From: Patescibacteria group bacterium
Lineage (GTDB): Bacteria > Patescibacteriota > Saccharimonadia > CAILAD01 > BJGX01
Length of the DNA stretch: 24,000 nucleotides
NCBI GenBank assembly: GCA_030917065.1
Contig: JAUPVL010000042.1
Coordinates: 2,419 to 26,418 of the forward strand
Direction of reading: 5' to 3'
Shown here: piece by piece, positions 1 to 9,459 of the stretch
How positions within the stretch are numbered: position 1 is the first letter of the stretch
How the letters are laid out: every line of letters starts with the position of its first letter
The notes under the pieces: model-generated
Told to the model about the DNA's origin: nothing
The model's input: the letters and a program-made list of their open reading frames with translations, nothing else
Databases searched by the model: none
Position numbers and translations under genes: made by a program

Positions 1-687
1 GACTATATATTTGCAATCGCCAATAAAAAGTTCGATACTACATCGGCATATGGCAAGAAGCAATTTGCGGCTTTTGTATTACCAACTATCGTGAGTCTAT
101 CAGATGAAATAGAAACTCATCACTATGCCAAGCTTTTGGCTCAGTCAATCGATGTGCCAGAAGAGTCTATCTTGAACAAAATCAATTCAACAAAAGATAG
201 CAAACCAGTCACAGTCGTGAGCAAACCAACGTTAGATGACACGAAACCAACCCAAAAACCCAAGAGAGTCCTTTCTCAACAGGAAAAAATAGAGAGAATC
301 ATACTCGAGCTGATGCTTGCAAATATTTCAGCAAGAGATGCTCTAGATGATATCGAGTATGACGAAATATCAGATTTGCACACTGATGTATTCAAAGTTT
401 TGCGCACTCATCCCAAGTACGATGTCGTAAGAATAGCAAAATTATTGCCAAAATTATCTGATTATGTTAAGATACTTTCATTACGGGGAGAACAAGTGTA
501 TTCTGATTTAACAGAACACGACGCACGGCTCGAAGCCTTTACCCAAATCCATCGACTAAACAAAATCAGCAAAGAAAAGACCAAAAGACAGCTCACCAGA
601 GCGATAGCCCAGGCCGAATCAAATAAAGACTATGCAACAGCCAATAAATTGTTAAAAAAGTATCAAGCCCTAATAAACGAGGAGTAA
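1..687 (+). CDS. dnaG: 3' part of a gene entering from upstream; probably DNA primase DnaG C-terminal region
   Basis: The frame of the 91..687 ORF stays open back to nt 1 ([36 protein letters not shown]...), so the window edge truncates the gene. Stop is TAA 685-687. It sits immediately 5' of rpoD, matching the conserved dnaG-rpoD operon. No catalytic motif lies in this fragment, so the call rests on synteny. Confidence 0.5.
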   Translation, partial: DYIFAIANKKFDTTSAYGKKQFAAFVLPTIVSLSDEIETHHYAKLLAQSIDVPEESILNKINSTKDSKPVTVVSKPTLDDTKPTQKPKRVLSQQEKIERIILELMLANISARDALDDIEYDEISDLHTDVFKVLRTHPKYDVVRIAKLLPKLSDYVKILSLRGEQVYSDLTEHDARLEAFTQIHRLNKISKEKTKRQLTRAIAQAESNKDYATANKLLKKYQALINEE

Positions 688-692
688 TTTTA

Positions 693-1802
693 ATGCCCAA
701 AAAAGCCACACCCGCACCTACCGAAGAAGAACAACATTTACAAAAAGCCATAGAGAAACTAGTGGCCAAAGGCCGCCAAAAAGGTTTTGTTACTCAACAA
801 GAAATATTGTCTGATATGCCAGATGCTGAAAACAGCATCGAAGAACTAGACGACTTGTATTCTGCACTTATTGATCAAGGCATAGAGGTAGTAGATCAAA
901 AAGATAAGATGATATGGCACACCGAGCCAGAAGAAGACATTGAAAACGCTACGAGTGATGACTATATCAAAGACATTGCTGATGACTCAGTGAGATTGTA
1001 TCTACGCGAGATAGGTAAGATCCCGCTGATAAGTGCCGAAGAGGAAGTGTCTCTTGCCAAGCGCATCGAGAAGGGTGACAAGGCTGCCAAAGACGCGCTA
1101 GCCGAAGCCAATTTGCGTCTAGTAGTAAGTATCGCCAAGAAGTACATTGGACGAGGACTAGACCTGCTTGATCTCATCGAAGAGGGCAATACTGGCTTGC
1201 TTCGAGCTGTTGAGAAGTTTGATTACAAAAGAGGGTTTAAGTTTAGCACCTATGCCACTTGGTGGATTCGCCAAGCTATCACCCGTGCTATAGCTGACCA
1301 AGCTAGGGTTATTCGTATACCAGTACACATGGTAGAAACTATCAATAAGCTTGTACGTACTCAAAGACGACTTACAACTGAACTAGGTAGAGAACCAACC
1401 CCGGAAGAATTAGCTAAAGAGCTCGAAATAGATGTAGAAAAAGTCAATCATATATTCAAGATCAGCCAAGATACAACAAGTCTCGACGCAACTGTAGGAG
1501 AAGATGAAGATTCTAGCCTAGGGGACTTTATTGAAGATCAAGATACCGTTAGTCCTCACGACGCAGCTACATTTGAACTGCTCAAGGAGCATATCGATGA
1601 GACATTGAGCATGTTGACTCCGCGCGAACAGAAGATACTACGTATGAGATTTGGACTAGAAGATGGGCGCAGCCACACACTCGAAGAGGTAGGTCAGGAG
1701 TTTGGCGTGACCCGTGAACGCATCCGTCAGATAGAAGCCAAGGCTCTTACCAAGCTACGCAAGCACAAAGACTCCAAGAAGCTCAAAGACTATATTGTAT
1801 AG
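693..1802 (+). CDS. rpoD: Primary RNA polymerase sigma-70 factor
   Basis: SD GAGGAG at 679-684 precedes ATG 693. Region 1.2 ([24 protein letters not shown]), region 2 ([56 protein letters not shown]), region 3 and region 4 ([15 protein letters not shown]...[24 protein letters not shown]) are all recognisable. Confidence 0.95.
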   Translation: MPKKATPAPTEEEQHLQKAIEKLVAKGRQKGFVTQQEILSDMPDAENSIEELDDLYSALIDQGIEVVDQKDKMIWHTEPEEDIENATSDDYIKDIADDSVRLYLREIGKIPLISAEEEVSLAKRIEKGDKAAKDALAEANLRLVVSIAKKYIGRGLDLLDLIEEGNTGLLRAVEKFDYKRGFKFSTYATWWIRQAITRAIADQARVIRIPVHMVETINKLVRTQRRLTTELGREPTPEELAKELEIDVEKVNHIFKISQDTTSLDATVGEDEDSSLGDFIEDQDTVSPHDAATFELLKEHIDETLSMLTPREQKILRMRFGLEDGRSHTLEEVGQEFGVTRERIRQIEAKALTKLRKHKDSKKLKDYIV

Positions 1803-1805
1803 TAC

Positions 1806-2069
1806 CTAGTTTCTGTCTATTCTATTCAAGATATCGTAAAGTGCTTGCTCATCTGGGTCCAGTGCTTCGGATAATGCACGCTTACTATATATTGTTACAA
1901 GCATCTTTCTAGCTCTTTCTGTAAGAGCAAGAATTATTTCAGCATTTTGTTCTACAGTAGAGAGACGCTTAACCCCACCATCCTCACCTGTGCGTGTGAC
2001 TATTGGGTCTTCACCATCAGGCAAGGTCATCTCGATATCACGTTCATCAAATCTTTCTGATTCTGACAT
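1806..2069 (-). CDS. Hypothetical small acidic protein (87 aa)
   Basis: Complete ATG ORF convergent with rpoD. Weak SD (AGGAAA) upstream. An extended -10 (TGcTATAAT, revcomp of 2102-2110) lies about 33 nt upstream of the start. No recognisable domain. Confidence 0.4.
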   Translation of the reverse strand: MSESERFDERDIEMTLPDGEDPIVTRTGEDGGVKRLSTVEQNAEIILALTERARKMLVTIYSKRALSEALDPDEQALYDILNRIDRN

Positions 2070-2182
2070 TGTTTCCTATCTAGTTACTTTCTTTAGCTAT
2101 GATTATAGCATAATCATTTCAGCAATTTTGATAATTAAACTAAGACCAAGCTGAGTGCTTAGTCTTTGATTGCCTGCAAAAG

Positions 2183-2494
2183 TTAGGTATTTTTATTTTC
2201 ACGTCTTGCGCGCCTTTGTGCCAAGAATTGTATCTCATCACGATCTAGTGGCTGACCTGCTTCTCTCTTTGCAATGAGTTCTGCTTCACGCTTAGCATCG
2301 GGTGTTTGAGTATGTGCCGCTCGAAGGCCTTGTTCATTAGTGCTTTGTTGTATTCCTTCTGCTATACGTCGTGCAGTTTCAGGATCAGGATCGTTGCTGT
2401 ACCCAATATCTTCTCGAGTCTCTTCATCTACTCTAAACTCACTAGGAGGATGTGGAGGTACTCCTCTGGCTGGGTTTGGCGTTGGTTCAGGCAT
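2183..2494 (-). CDS. Hypothetical Pro/Glu/Arg-rich protein (103 aa), probably disordered
   Basis: Complete ATG ORF divergent from polA. No clear SD and no recognisable domain. Composition is slightly GC-richer than the neighbours. Confidence 0.35.
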   Translation of the reverse strand: MPEPTPNPARGVPPHPPSEFRVDEETREDIGYSNDPDPETARRIAEGIQQSTNEQGLRAAHTQTPDAKREAELIAKREAGQPLDRDEIQFLAQRRARRENKNT

Positions 2495-2542
2495 ACTGTT
2501 ATTTAATCACATATGATATCTAGATGCTATAATAATTATCAT

Positions 2543-5392
2543 ATGAAGAGTCGTAAAAAAATAGTTGTTTTTGATGGCCATGCCTTGGTACACCGAGGTT
2601 ATCATGCTATACCATATCTTACTACTAAAGACGGTACACCCACCAACGCTGTCTATGGCTTTACCATGATGATGCTACTGGCTTTGCGTGAGATACGACC
2701 AGACTACGCTATAGTAGCGTGGGACGCCCCTGGTAAGACTTTTCGACACGATCAGTTCAAAGACTATAAGGCTACACGTGTAAAGGCTCCAGACGAGCTC
2801 TACGCCCAAATGCCACTCACCAAGGACGTGGTCAGTGCATTCAATATTCCACTCATAGAGTCTGCTGGCTATGAGGCAGATGACATCATTGGTACACTGA
2901 CCAAAAACTACGAAAAATCACACGATGTAGTAGTGGTTACCGGCGATCTGGACGAATTACAGCTAGTCAGTGATACTGTCAGTGTATACACTATGCGCAA
3001 AGGCTTCACTGATACATTTATGTACGATCCAGCTGCAGTACACGAGCGCTACGGCGTTACCCCTGAAGAATTCATAGTATACAAAGCACTAAAAGGGGAT
3101 AGTAGTGACAATATACCAGGTGTTGCTGGCATAGGCGACAAAGGAGCGACAGAGCTAGTCGAGAAATACAAAACACTAGATAATATGTACAAACATCTAG
3201 ATGAGATCAAGCCAGCCCTAGCCAAGAAGCTAGAGGCCGGCAAAGACAATGCATATCTGAGTCTAGAACTATCTACTATCAAAAGAGATGTAGATATTGA
3301 ATTTAAGCTCCAAGATGCAGCACTGCATGAATATGATAGAAAAAAAGTCTTTGATCTTTTTCACAAGCTAGAATTCAAAAGCTTGCTATCGAAGTTACCC
3401 AATCAGTCATTTACAGAGGAACAGCAGCTCTCTACCCAAGAAGCAGTAGAGGAGATAGAGACTGCCACTAAGAGTCGAGACCATCTGAAAAAAGCCAAAT
3501 ATCATACTGTGGATTCTGACAAGTCTCTCGACACACTAGTGGCAAAACTAAATAAACAATCAGTGTTTTCGATAGATACCGAGACAACTAGCACCGACGT
3601 GATGAAAGCACATCTGGTGGGTATTTCTGTGTGCTTCGAGGAGTGTGAAGCTTACTACATACCAGTCGGTCACACATTGAACGACAAAGATGACAGTCAT
3701 TACATTGATGACAATAAGAAGACTCAAGCTTCAATTTTTGAAAAAGATGCATCTGAGTATGAGAATCTTAGCCTAGCCGACGGTCAATTGTCCAGACAAA
3801 AAGTACTAGATGCTTTAAGGCCCGTACTAGAAAGCACCAAGATAGGCAAGATCGGCCACAATCTCAAATATGATTATCAGATATTTGCAAACAACGGTGT
3901 GCATATGGAAAATATTGTATTTGATACGATGGTCGCAGCATTTCTTATCAATCCTATCGGTAGAGCACAGACTTTATCAGAGCTAGCATACGCGGAGTTG
4001 GGTATATCGATGATAGATATAGAAGAACTAATAGGAAAAAAAGGTAAGAGCCAAGGATCTTTTAACGAGGTGGAGGTATCAAAGGCCACTCAGTATGCCG
4101 CCGAAGATGCCGATGTTGCATTGCGCTTGTACAATAAACTGACTCAAGCGCTCGAACATGAACCTACTGGTACCAAAAAACTCGCCAATATGGCTCGGCA
4201 ATTGGAGTGGCCACTGATAGAAGTATTGGGTGATATGGAGTTGACTGGCGTCACTCTGGACGTGGCATATCTAGGCAAACTAGCCAAAGAGTTTGGTTCA
4301 AAACTGGATAAAATAAAATCAGCCATCTACAAACATGCTGGACGTGAGTTCAATATTAGTTCTACCCAACAGCTCAAAGTGATACTTTTTGATGAGCTCA
4401 AGATAGACACTACTGGTCTCAAAAAGATCAAAACAGGTGTGAGCACTGCAGCAGGAGAGCTAGAGAAGCTCAAAGGTAAGCACCCTATAGTAGATGAGTT
4501 GTTTGAGTATCGAGAACTTACCAAGCTCATGAGCACCTACGTCGAAGCTTTGCCTAACTATGTAGCAAGCGACGGAAAGATACACACTAGCTACAACCAG
4601 ACTATCGCTCAAACTGGACGTCTCAATAGCACCAATCCCAATCTACAAAACATACCCGTACGAACAGTAGAGGGCAAACGCATTCGCAGAGCCTTTGTAG
4701 TAGATGAAAGGAATGTATTTGTATCCGCAGACTACAGCCAGATAGAGCTCAGACTAGCTGCCGATCTTGCAGGTGACAAGCCGATGATCAAGGCATTCAA
4801 AGACGGTATGGACATACATACGCTGACAAGTGCTGAGATGTTTGGTATCAAACCCAGTGAAGTTACACCTGAGCAGCGCTATGCCGCCAAGGCCATCAAC
4901 TTTGGTGTGTTATACGGCATGAACACCCATGGTCTGGCAGTAGCTACAGGGTTTAGTTACGAGCAGTCCAAAGAATTTATAGATAGGTATTTTGAGTTGC
5001 GAAAGGGTGTGGCTGACTACATAGCTAGCATCAAAAAGATGGCACACGACAAAGGCTACACTGAGACTATCTTTGGCAGAAGAAGACCTTGCCCGGACGT
5101 GCGTTCGAGCAATTTTATAGTACGTTCGGCGGCTGAACGAGCAGCTGTCAATATGCCTTTGCAAGGTACCGCTGCCGATATGATGAAGCTAGCGATGATT
5201 CGGATACACAAGAAGCTACCCAAAGATGCCAAGTTGATATTACAAATCCATGATGAATTGGTGGTAGAATGTCCAAAAGCTTTGTCCAAAGAAGTTGCCA
5301 AGATTATGCAAACTGAGATGGTAGGGGTACATAAGTTCAAAGTGCCGATAGAAGTAGATATATCCTTCGGAGACAACTGGGGAGAGCTGTAG
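2543..5392 (+). CDS. polA: DNA polymerase I (5' nuclease + 3'-5' exo-like + family A polymerase domains)
   Basis: 5' nuclease motifs are present (VVFDGHALVHRGYHA, GDSSDNIPGVAGIGDKGA). Pol A motif A is DYSQIELR, motif B is RYAAKAINFGVLYGM and motif C is QIHDELVVE. I prefer ATG 2543 (MKSRKKIVVFDG...) over the track start 2513 because TGcTATAAT at 2525-2533 lies inside the longer ORF. Confidence 0.95.
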   Translation: MKSRKKIVVFDGHALVHRGYHAIPYLTTKDGTPTNAVYGFTMMMLLALREIRPDYAIVAWDAPGKTFRHDQFKDYKATRVKAPDELYAQMPLTKDVVSAFNIPLIESAGYEADDIIGTLTKNYEKSHDVVVVTGDLDELQLVSDTVSVYTMRKGFTDTFMYDPAAVHERYGVTPEEFIVYKALKGDSSDNIPGVAGIGDKGATELVEKYKTLDNMYKHLDEIKPALAKKLEAGKDNAYLSLELSTIKRDVDIEFKLQDAALHEYDRKKVFDLFHKLEFKSLLSKLPNQSFTEEQQLSTQEAVEEIETATKSRDHLKKAKYHTVDSDKSLDTLVAKLNKQSVFSIDTETTSTDVMKAHLVGISVCFEECEAYYIPVGHTLNDKDDSHYIDDNKKTQASIFEKDASEYENLSLADGQLSRQKVLDALRPVLESTKIGKIGHNLKYDYQIFANNGVHMENIVFDTMVAAFLINPIGRAQTLSELAYAELGISMIDIEELIGKKGKSQGSFNEVEVSKATQYAAEDADVALRLYNKLTQALEHEPTGTKKLANMARQLEWPLIEVLGDMELTGVTLDVAYLGKLAKEFGSKLDKIKSAIYKHAGREFNISSTQQLKVILFDELKIDTTGLKKIKTGVSTAAGELEKLKGKHPIVDELFEYRELTKLMSTYVEALPNYVASDGKIHTSYNQTIAQTGRLNSTNPNLQNIPVRTVEGKRIRRAFVVDERNVFVSADYSQIELRLAADLAGDKPMIKAFKDGMDIHTLTSAEMFGIKPSEVTPEQRYAAKAINFGVLYGMNTHGLAVATGFSYEQSKEFIDRYFELRKGVADYIASIKKMAHDKGYTETIFGRRRPCPDVRSSNFIVRSAAERAAVNMPLQGTAADMMKLAMIRIHKKLPKDAKLILQIHDELVVECPKALSKEVAKIMQTEMVGVHKFKVPIEVDISFGDNWGEL

Positions 5393-5403
5393 CAAACAGA
5401 AAA

Positions 5404-5436
5404 CCCACCCTGGACTCTGCAGGAGTCCAGGGTGGG
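5404..5436. terminator. 14-bp GC-rich hairpin between convergent polA and a small membrane gene
   Basis: cccaccctggactc (5404-5417) pairs with gagtccagggtggg (5423-5436) around loop tgcag. On the minus strand it is followed by TTTTCTGTTT, giving an intrinsic terminator for the 5454..5651 gene. It lies 12 nt after the polA stop, so it may also stop polA transcripts. Confidence 0.7.
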
Positions 5437-5453
5437 ATATAGGCGACTTGCGG

Positions 5454-5651
5454 CTAGTCACTCAAGTGGGAGATATCACCCCACCAAAAGAATATTCGAA
5501 CTACAAAACAGGCAAAGACGACTATTAGAAATGGGATGGCGTATATTGGCTTTGCATTGAACAGTACTAGTACAAACATCGCCAAGGCGGATAGGATAGA
5601 TATACCCATTAGGCTTCTGTCAATCCATACGGGTCGGTCGGCAATATCCAT
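5454..5651 (-). CDS. Small two-helix membrane protein (65 aa), hypothetical
   Basis: Good SD (AGGAG, 6-nt spacing) precedes the ATG on the minus strand. There are two hydrophobic segments (ISILSALAMFVLVLF, AIPFLIVVFACFVVRIFFWW). A TTGCAT-16-TATAAT promoter-like sequence lies upstream on the minus strand and a terminator downstream. Confidence 0.6.
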   Translation of the reverse strand: MDIADRPVWIDRSLMGISILSALAMFVLVLFNAKPIYAIPFLIVVFACFVVRIFFWWGDISHLSD

Positions 5652-5743
5652 TTTTAGCTCCTGTCATTCGAACTTCGAGGGTGCAAAAATCAGCAAAGTT
5701 ATTATAGCCCAATCTGTACAATATGCAATAATATGTATATTAC

Positions 5744-5764
5744 TGGTAGCTCTTGGCTTGTTTG
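5744..5764. repeat. Direct repeat copy 1 (tggtagctcttggcttgtttg); relic copy of the ABC-gene 3' end
   Basis: A 21/21 nt match to 6156-6176. Read on the minus strand it encodes KQAKSYQ followed by TAA, the same C-terminal peptide as the live ABC gene. Confidence 0.85.
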
Positions 5765-5800
5765 CTAGTGTGAGATATAACTGTTCTAATCAAGTGATTA

Positions 5801-6124
5801 TTATAACAATTCAAACCAAATAATTTTGATGATAGTTTCTGGGCCAACACTACAGTTATAGTATCTAGAATATGTATCATACATTTCCCGTTCAGAATCA
5901 AAGGTCTCGTGACCTTCCTTGTCTTCTTCTGTTAGTTTTGCTAGGGGTTTTTCAACTACTTTGGTAACAACTGCTTTCGCAAAAGGCTGTAGTGTCTCCC
6001 AGACTATCAGCTCTAGACTATTACCTACTTTGATGTCTTTGTCATCAAATAATCGCCAAGTAGATTTCTTTGTTCCATCAAGCACTAACTTCGATAGACT
6101 TTTCCTAAACTTCAGCGCTTTCAT
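5801..6124 (-). CDS. ASCH-domain (YqfB-like, PUA-fold) protein, 107 aa
   Basis: The pattern LDGTKKSTWRLFDDKDIKVGNSLELI ... LTEEDKEGHETFDSEREMYDTYSRYY ... IIKIIWFELL parallels E. coli YqfB ([23 protein letters not shown] ... [26 protein letters not shown] ... YVIEFKCL). The similarity is recalled from memory, not computed. Confidence 0.65.
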   Translation of the reverse strand: MKALKFRKSLSKLVLDGTKKSTWRLFDDKDIKVGNSLELIVWETLQPFAKAVVTKVVEKPLAKLTEEDKEGHETFDSEREMYDTYSRYYNCSVGPETIIKIIWFELL

Positions 6125-6151
6125 AAGTAGTGGTTATATCAATAAAATATA

Positions 6152-7954
6152 TCATTGGTAGCTCTTGGCTTGTTTGGTAAATAGTTCATGGTACACGCCT
6201 TTGTTTTTCATAAGATCGGCGTGAGTGCCTTGTTCTATTATCTTGCCGTGGTCTATTACTACTATATTGTCAGCCTCGCGCACAGTACTGAAGCGGTGTG
6301 ATATGACTATAGCGCCCTTCTGGGCTTGCCGTTTCCAGAGGCGGTGAAATATCTCGGCTTCGGCCCTGGCGTCTATAGCACTGGTGGGTTCGTCAAGTAC
6401 CAGTATAGGAGATTGCTTATAGAAAGCTCGAGCAAGGGCAATTTTCTGCCATTGTCCACCTGAGAGCTCTACCGAGTCTTCGAATACACGCGTCAGCCTC
6501 GTATTCTCTTGTTGAGCCAGTTCTTTTACAAACCCAGCCTGCGCATCGTTGAGCGCAGATTTTAATCTCTTACTATCCGGTTTATTATCAAGGTCAAAGC
6601 TGATGTTTTCTCCCACAGTCAGTGGATATCGATGAAAGTCTTGAGATATTATTGCGAGCTTCTTATACCAACTATTGAGATCTATCTTGCGTAGATCCAT
6701 GCCATCAATGAGTATTCGACCTTCTGTAGGGTCATAGAATCTCAGTAGCAACTTGGTGATAGTAGTCTTGCCGGCACCATTCACACCGATAAGCGCCATT
6801 TTTTCTTTTGATTCTAGCTTAAAGCTTACGGTATGCAGTATCTGTTTCTTGGTATTGGGGTAAGTGAAGCTAACATTTTCAAACTCGATACTAGGTACTT
6901 TGTTGTCATCTTTGAGTACGATAGGGTCTTTTGGCTTGGCCAATCGCGAAGGAGCATTCATGAAAACAAAATAATCTTCGATGTTGATGAGTTCTTCATA
7001 CACATCCTTGAAGTTGCGTACCAGTGAAGTACTGGAGTTCTCGAGTCGAGATATTAAACTATCATAGAAGGTATAGTCACCAATACTAAATATACCCTTG
7101 GTACTTATAATCTTATAAAACAACCATATACGCGTAAGTACAGCTGTTAGCACACCCGTCACATCGGCAACAGCTTGTATCTGTGAGTATTTTTTTTGTG
7201 CATTTGTTTCGATATCGTACATCTCGTTTTGATTTTTACGCATACGGCTTAAGAATGCTTTTTCAGCCATAAAAGGCCTGATCTCTTTGAGCAGATTCCA
7301 ATCCATCAACACATCTCTAAGATGCCAGTTGAACCTTCTGCGTTCAGATATCAAGAGATTGATCTTGCGCCAACTACCAGCGGTGTAGATACTCGATATT
7401 AGTCTAGGTAGAGTAGATATGACTGCTAGTACAAACAACACCCAGTTGAGTTGGAGTATGGCAACGCTGGCTATTAGTACGGTTACGATATCGGAGATCA
7501 TCTTGCTAGTACTGCGCATTACCCAGCTGATATTGAGTTTTTCTACGCGTGACAGAGTATTTTGAAATTCAGCATCCTCAAAGTGTGCAGCATCTATTTC
7601 TGAGCTACGTTTGGCAATGTGTAAATTGAGTGAGTATTGAGCCTTCAAGTCTAGTTTGGTCATGAAATAATCTTGGATGTTTCGGATCAGTGGCTCAGCT
7701 ACTCCTGCTAGAGTTGCAATACCTACTAGGTACCAGAACTTCGGAAATACCGTCGTGACCTTACCTCCTATGAATAGTGCTATGAGATTGATGATCTGAG
7801 CATATATATAGCTTCTACCTATTGATATCAGAGTAGCCAAAACATCTAATATTGGATAAATAATAGATCGCCAGCCTGTCAGCTGCCATTGCAACTTAAA
7901 TACTTGTACAAAATATTTAAGCAAGGGTTTTCTAGTCTTGGGTTTGTCTTGCAT
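6152..7954 (-). CDS. ABC transporter, fused permease/ATPase (type I exporter, MsbA-like)
   Basis: N-terminal six-helix TMD-like hydrophobic region. Walker A is GVNGAGKTT, the signature is LSGGQWQKIALARA, Walker B is ILVLDEPTSAID and the H-loop is ISHR. Confidence 0.9.
   Translation of the reverse strand: MQDKPKTRKPLLKYFVQVFKLQWQLTGWRSIIYPILDVLATLISIGRSYIYAQIINLIALFIGGKVTTVFPKFWYLVGIATLAGVAEPLIRNIQDYFMTKLDLKAQYSLNLHIAKRSSEIDAAHFEDAEFQNTLSRVEKLNISWVMRSTSKMISDIVTVLIASVAILQLNWVLFVLAVISTLPRLISSIYTAGSWRKINLLISERRRFNWHLRDVLMDWNLLKEIRPFMAEKAFLSRMRKNQNEMYDIETNAQKKYSQIQAVADVTGVLTAVLTRIWLFYKIISTKGIFSIGDYTFYDSLISRLENSSTSLVRNFKDVYEELINIEDYFVFMNAPSRLAKPKDPIVLKDDNKVPSIEFENVSFTYPNTKKQILHTVSFKLESKEKMALIGVNGAGKTTITKLLLRFYDPTEGRILIDGMDLRKIDLNSWYKKLAIISQDFHRYPLTVGENISFDLDNKPDSKRLKSALNDAQAGFVKELAQQENTRLTRVFEDSVELSGGQWQKIALARAFYKQSPILVLDEPTSAIDARAEAEIFHRLWKRQAQKGAIVISHRFSTVREADNIVVIDHGKIIEQGTHADLMKNKGVYHELFTKQAKSYQ
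6156..6176. repeat. Direct repeat copy 2, inside the last codons of the ABC gene
   Basis: Identical 21-mer to 5744-5764, encoding KQAKSYQ followed by TGA on the minus strand. Weaker similarity continues about 25 nt further downstream (minus-strand sense) in both copies. Confidence 0.85.
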
Positions 7955-8082
7955 TTAAGGGGTTATATTATAATTGCTTATTCACTTTCGCTCTTATGCT
8001 AGCAATTGTATCCTACTAGGAGCTCATCAGTACAGACCTTATCTGTAGAGTGAATTTGAAGAAGGAGAGAAGAGGAGGGGTG

Positions 8083-8154
8083 GAGCCGCAAGGCACCAGG
8101 GAGTATGAATAGTCCTTGAAGGATGTTTTCAGGGACTCCCTGGTGCTGCGGCTC
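8083..8154 (-). terminator. Long (about 20 bp) GC-rich hairpin starting at the stop codon of the 78-aa ORF; terminator-like without a U tract
   Basis: gagccgca-ag-gcaccagggagt (8083-8104) pairs with actccctggtgctgcggctc (8135-8154), with a 2-nt bulge. On the minus strand it is followed by a pyrimidine tract (cccctcctcttctctccttcttc), not a T run. Confidence 0.45.
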
Positions 8155-8389
8155 ACCACCTGCGGGCGCGGTCGAGATCTCGTTGGAGATCACGGTTCTG
8201 GGCTCGCAGGTCCTCAGCACGACGGCGCTGGAGCACTAGCAGGGTGATGAGGACGACCACGACAGCGATCAGTCCGAACACCACCGGGTAGCTTGCACAT
8301 GCCGCGATGATGAACACTCCCGCAGCTAGGGCGAATATCCCTTTCGCCAGGTTGTCGAAGAACTTCTGGACGGGCTTGGACTCAGCCAA
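8153..8389 (-). CDS. High-GC small membrane protein (78 aa) with Arg-rich helical tail; hypothetical
   Basis: SD AAGGAG precedes the ATG (revcomp of ctctccttctg). One or two hydrophobic helices (GIFALAAGVFIIAACASYPVVFGLIAVVVVLITLLVL) are followed by QRRRAEDLRAQNRDLQRDLDRARRW. Local GC is about 62% (37/60 at 8221-8280) and third positions are mostly G/C by eye. Confidence 0.6.
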   Translation of the reverse strand: MAESKPVQKFFDNLAKGIFALAAGVFIIAACASYPVVFGLIAVVVVLITLLVLQRRRAEDLRAQNRDLQRDLDRARRW

Positions 8390-8441
8390 GTTTCTCTCCT
8401 TCTGTCAAGGTACGGCTCAGATACTTTCCGGGCCATAGGAT

Positions 8442-8470
8442 AGGATAGCACAAACACTATAAACTGTCAA
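8442..8470 (-). promoter_or_regulatory. Near-consensus sigma-70 promoter for the 78-aa ORF
   Basis: On the minus strand: TTGACA (8470-8465), a 17-nt spacer ending in TGc, then TATCCT (8447-8442). Confidence 0.5.
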
Positions 8471-8526
8471 TACTATTTAACACTTTTTATGATGAGTATC
8501 ATACAGGAGTAGGCTATAATAGTATT

Positions 8527-9414
8527 ATGCCAGAATTACCAGAAGTAGAAACAGTACGTGCCGGACTTGCCGAGATACTAGTAGATCAACGTATCAAAAG
8601 TGTTAGTACAGACTGGCCCAAAAGCTTTCCGAACGATCCCAAGATAGTGCGAGACAAAGTAGTCGAGTCCACTATCTTATCTGTAGATAGACGCGGAAAG
8701 GCGCTTATCATCCCACTTAGTGGTGGGTATAGTTTACTTATACACCTCAAGATGACCGGACAGTTGGTATATAGAGCTCGCAACTCAGCCGAGGGGTTTG
8801 GCGGCGGTCACCCTACAGACAGCCTTATACACAAGCTACCAGATCGGTCTACTAGAGTGATATTTGAGCTCACTGATGGTACGTTGTTCTTCAACGATCA
8901 ACGTAAGTTTGGATATGTGAAGCTAGAAAAGTCCAAAGATATATACAAGACCAATGCTTTTTTGCGCAAATTAGGACCAGAGCCACTAACTGACGACTAT
9001 ACCTTTGAGATGTTCAAGACAGCACTCATGAAAAGACAGAATACTACTATCAAGGCTGCCATACTTGATCAGACAGTTCTTGCAGGGGTAGGCAATATCT
9101 ATGCTGATGAAGGACTGTTCGCAGCTCGCATACACCCCAGCACCAGAGTGGGCGATATTAGTACTATCAAGCTCAAACGACTGTACAACGCACTTAGAGA
9201 GGTGATGAAGCTCAGTATTGAGCTAGGAGGCAGTTCAGATAGAAACTATGTGGATGCCAAGGGCAACAAAGGCAGTTATCTCAAATTTGCCAAAGTTTTT
9301 CGTCGCGAAAAACAACCTTGTATCAATTGTAAGACTGAAATCAAAAAGATACGTGTGGCGGGCCGAGGAACCCATGTTTGTCCACATTGTCAAAAGCTAA
9401 CAACAAAAAAATAA
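8527..9414 (+). CDS. mutM: Formamidopyrimidine-DNA glycosylase (Fpg/MutM)
   Basis: Canonical N-terminus MPELPEVETV, an H2TH region, and a C-terminal zinc finger CINCKTEIKKIRVAGRGTHVCPHCQK. Confidence 0.9.
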   Translation: MPELPEVETVRAGLAEILVDQRIKSVSTDWPKSFPNDPKIVRDKVVESTILSVDRRGKALIIPLSGGYSLLIHLKMTGQLVYRARNSAEGFGGGHPTDSLIHKLPDRSTRVIFELTDGTLFFNDQRKFGYVKLEKSKDIYKTNAFLRKLGPEPLTDDYTFEMFKTALMKRQNTTIKAAILDQTVLAGVGNIYADEGLFAARIHPSTRVGDISTIKLKRLYNALREVMKLSIELGGSSDRNYVDAKGNKGSYLKFAKVFRREKQPCINCKTEIKKIRVAGRGTHVCPHCQKLTTKK

Positions 9415-9459
9415 TATCTCTTACTTGATACTTTATATAACTTCATAAATACTAGATAC

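Noticed and set aside
962-5376. Numerous 60-106-aa antisense ORFs inside rpoD and polA (and similarly inside the ABC gene, pnp, UDG and RNase J)
   Set aside because: All are fully nested antisense or out of frame within strongly supported genes. They lack SDs and have low-complexity S/L-rich translations, so they are shadow ORFs.
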